From NCBI GenBank assembly GCA_001275005.1, contig JWZX01003125.1, forward strand, positions 1 through 50,060: DNA of 50,060 bases, read 5' to 3'. The notes under the pieces were generated by a model. It was not told the DNA's origin, made no database searches, and saw only the letters and a list, made by a program, of their open reading frames with translations. A program made the position numbers and the translations under genes. Shown one piece after another: positions 49,301 through 50,060 of the stretch; the first letter of the stretch is position 1; each line of letters opens with the position of its first letter. Source of the stretch: Chrysochromulina tobinii (lineage: Eukaryota).

Positions 49301-50060
49301 AGGCAATCCGAGGCACTCAGAAGCACTCAGAAGCACTCCGAGGCACTCAGAAGCCCTCAGAAGCAATCCGAGGCACTTCCACACGAACATCCCCACAGGC
49401 CCTCGCGCGCGCGCACCGCTCAACCGCGGCCATCAGCGGCCATCAGCGGCCATCAGCGGTCATCAGTGGCCATCAGTGGCCATCAGCGGCCATCAGTGGC
49501 CATCCGCGGCCATCAGTGGTCATCAGTGGTCATCAGAGGTCATCAGTGGTCATCGGTGGTCATCAGTGCGCGCGCACCGCTCATCCGCGGCCAGCATCGC
49601 GCCCGTGACGACGCCATCGGGCGCCTCGGCTGCGGCGTCGCTCACGTCAAGCAGAGCGAGGCTGAGAGTGTACCTGATGAGGGAGACCATCAGGCGTCAT
49701 CAGGCGTCATCCAGGCGTCATCCAGGCGTCATCAGAGGTCATCAGAGGTCATCAGAGGTCATCAGAGGTCATCAGAGGTCATCAGAGGTCATCAGAGGCC
49801 TTCCGAGGCGATCCGAGGGGTCATAAGGGCCATCCGAGGCGATCCATCCGTCCACAGAGGCCATCCGACGTACAGGTAGGGCGACTCGGCCGACCAGAGC
49901 TGCGGACTTTCGAGCGCCGTCTCGATTTCCAGGGGCAGCACATCCGCGCGTGCCGCCGTCGTCTCCTCCTGGCCCACCCATACGCGCGGCGCGCGGGCCC
50001 AGTTTGGAAAGAGGCCGCCGCCGCCGCCGCCGCCCCCGCCGCCGCTGCCGCCACCGACGC
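43342..50060 (-). CDS. lacZ: GH2 beta-galactosidase (LacZ-like) with a C-terminal fascin/beta-trefoil-like domain; 5' end outside the window; 16 predicted introns
   Basis: The spliced frame gives [154 protein letters not shown] and [15 protein letters not shown]. Confidence 0.92.
43701..43772 (-). other. Intron 16: 49-nt donor cassette and a perfect duplicate of the upstream exon end
   Basis: 24-bp direct repeat at 43700-43723 and 43772-43795. The 72-nt length is in frame, so retention would also read through. Confidence 0.75.
43870..43948 (-). other. Intron 15: 29-nt exon duplicate and acceptor cassette
   Basis: Intron start GTGGGGAATGCGCCGTCACCCGCCCACTT vs exon start GTGGGGATTGCGCCGTTACCCGCTCACTT (26/29); ends ATGATTGCTCCCCTCATCAG. 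Confidence 0.85.
44171..44333 (-). repeat. Perfect 24-bp tandem repeat (six full units and one partial) encoding (ISAAESGV)n
   Basis: AGATTCGGCGGCGGAGATCACGCC repeated head to tail on the plus strand, with no spacers. Confidence 0.92.
44374..44475 (-). other. Intron 14 (donor position least certain)
   Basis: G|GTGCGC...GACGCCACTCATCAG|GC keeps the frame into the ISAAESGV repeat exon. Confidence 0.5.
44633..44947 (-). other. Intron 13: two repeat arrays and a copy of the upstream exon end
   Basis: AAG|GTGCGT...TTGCACAG|GTG; duplicate GTCCCACGCTCCATTCGGGCAC at about 44841-44862. Confidence 0.65.
45048..45120 (-). other. Intron 12: ends in a ~30-nt duplicate of the upstream exon end
   Basis: ATCAG|GTCTGATTGCC...CCTCATCAGCGCTCCTCTGTTTCGGATCAG|GCTG restores FRIRLSAL. 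Confidence 0.75.
45793..45946 (-). other. Intron 11: two 77-nt units, each a 38-nt exon duplicate plus a 39-nt acceptor cassette
   Basis: Restores [15 protein letters not shown]. Confidence 0.88.
46150..46280 (-). other. Intron 10: (TGATGACGGC)n body flanked by a 14-nt junction repeat
   Basis: GCTGCAG|GTGCGCC at both ends; restores LQLQVRLP. Confidence 0.85.
46548..46697 (-). other. Intron 9: 24-nt exon duplicate, repeat array and acceptor cassette
   Basis: Intron start GTGGGGCCGATCCCTTCGCTTTGG vs exon start GTGGGGCCGATCCCGTCGCTCTGG; restores [16 protein letters not shown]. Confidence 0.88.
47166..47295 (-). other. Intron 8: donor cassette (two units) and a duplicate of the upstream exon end
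   Basis: CAG|GTACGTTGATTGCC...GTGCTCACCAC-GGCGCTCCGCTGGCAG|CTG restores ALRWQLRR. Confidence 0.82.
47413..47564 (-). other. Intron 7: ~40-nt exon duplicate and two tandem acceptor cassettes 69 bp apart
   Basis: GAG|GTGCGCCGTCTGCAGCAGCC...CATCAG|GTGCGCCATCTGCAGCAGCC restores EEVRHLQQP. Confidence 0.8.
47719..47865 (-). other. Intron 6: acceptor cassettes and a degenerate copy of the uninterrupted junction
   Basis: TG|GTGCG...ATGATTGCCTCCCTCATCAG|GTGCG restores WDWCDQG. Confidence 0.88.
48054..48294 (-). other. Intron 5: repeat-rich, with a duplicated acceptor junction
   Basis: GAG|GTGAT...CTCCCAG|GTGATCTCGCCCATGTA restores ASEVISPMY; a second CTCCCAGGTGATCTCGCCCATGTA lies at about 48096-48119. 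Confidence 0.8.
48614..48947 (-). other. Intron 4: stacked acceptor cassettes and a copy of the upstream exon end
   Basis: TG|GTACG...TGATTGCGCCCCTCATCAG|GTACG restores NATRWYEICDE. Confidence 0.85.
49047..49132 (-). other. Intron 3: acceptor cassette; 11-nt duplicate of the downstream exon start
   Basis: AA|GTGCGTGAGCG...CTGAGTGCCCCCCTCATCAG|GTACGTGAGCG restores HTGKYVSD. Confidence 0.85.
49289..49577 (-). other. Intron 2: acceptor cassette; internal copy of its own donor junction; TGATGGCCRC-type arrays
   Basis: CG|GTGCGCG...GATTGCCTCCCTCATCACAG|GTACGCG restores DERYAGEE. Confidence 0.75.
49674..49873 (-). other. Intron 1 (within window): acceptor cassette; GTAC duplicated at both ends; (TGATGACCTC)n body
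   Basis: CT|GTACGT...TCTCCCTCATCAG|GTAC restores PYLYTL. Confidence 0.85.

Noticed and set aside
43870..49700. Dispersed CTGATGAGGGAGGCAATCA repeats as CRISPR repeats or C/D snoRNA boxes
   Set aside because: Spacing is irregular, and most copies sit exactly at minus-strand AG acceptors needed to restore the beta-galactosidase frame.
43342..50060. Beta-galactosidase as a shattered pseudogene
   Set aside because: All breaks can be removed as GT-AG introns giving one continuous frame, with both catalytic Glu motifs (GNE, CEY) intact.

Overview
Gene-dense, GC-rich eukaryotic nuclear DNA. It most resembles a haptophyte alga (Chrysochromulina-like); this is inferred from gene families, a signal-peptide-type plastid FabG and repeat-rich introns, and is not verified. 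About 20 protein genes are recognisable, most of them intronless. They include a HET-like/RRM protein, DUF1857, DDX3, a frameshifted Sel1 protein, a PC-esterase, DDX42, FabG, a DUF218-like protein, a DNPH1-like/thymidylate kinase fusion, a meiotic HORMA protein, an EF-hand protein, a PH-glycosyltransferase, a PA-RING E3, a methyltransferase, a GH5 glycanase, an ART-like protein, a Skp1-like/F-box-like/LRR fusion and a zinc-ribbon protein. The standout is the last 6.7 kb. There a minus-strand GH2 beta-galactosidase can be rebuilt in frame only by removing 16 GT-AG introns. Almost all of these introns share one design: a variable-length (about 4-40 nt) duplicate of the adjacent exon supplies one splice site, and a short shared cassette supplies the other. 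The cassette is either an acceptor (TGATTGCCTCCCTCATCAG) or a donor (GTACGTTGATTGCC...CATGCAAGTGCTCACCAC). Many intron bodies are filled with arrays of branch-point-like 9-11-mers. This looks like an active duplication-plus-cassette intron-generating system. All intron calls come from sequence alone and need RNA-seq.
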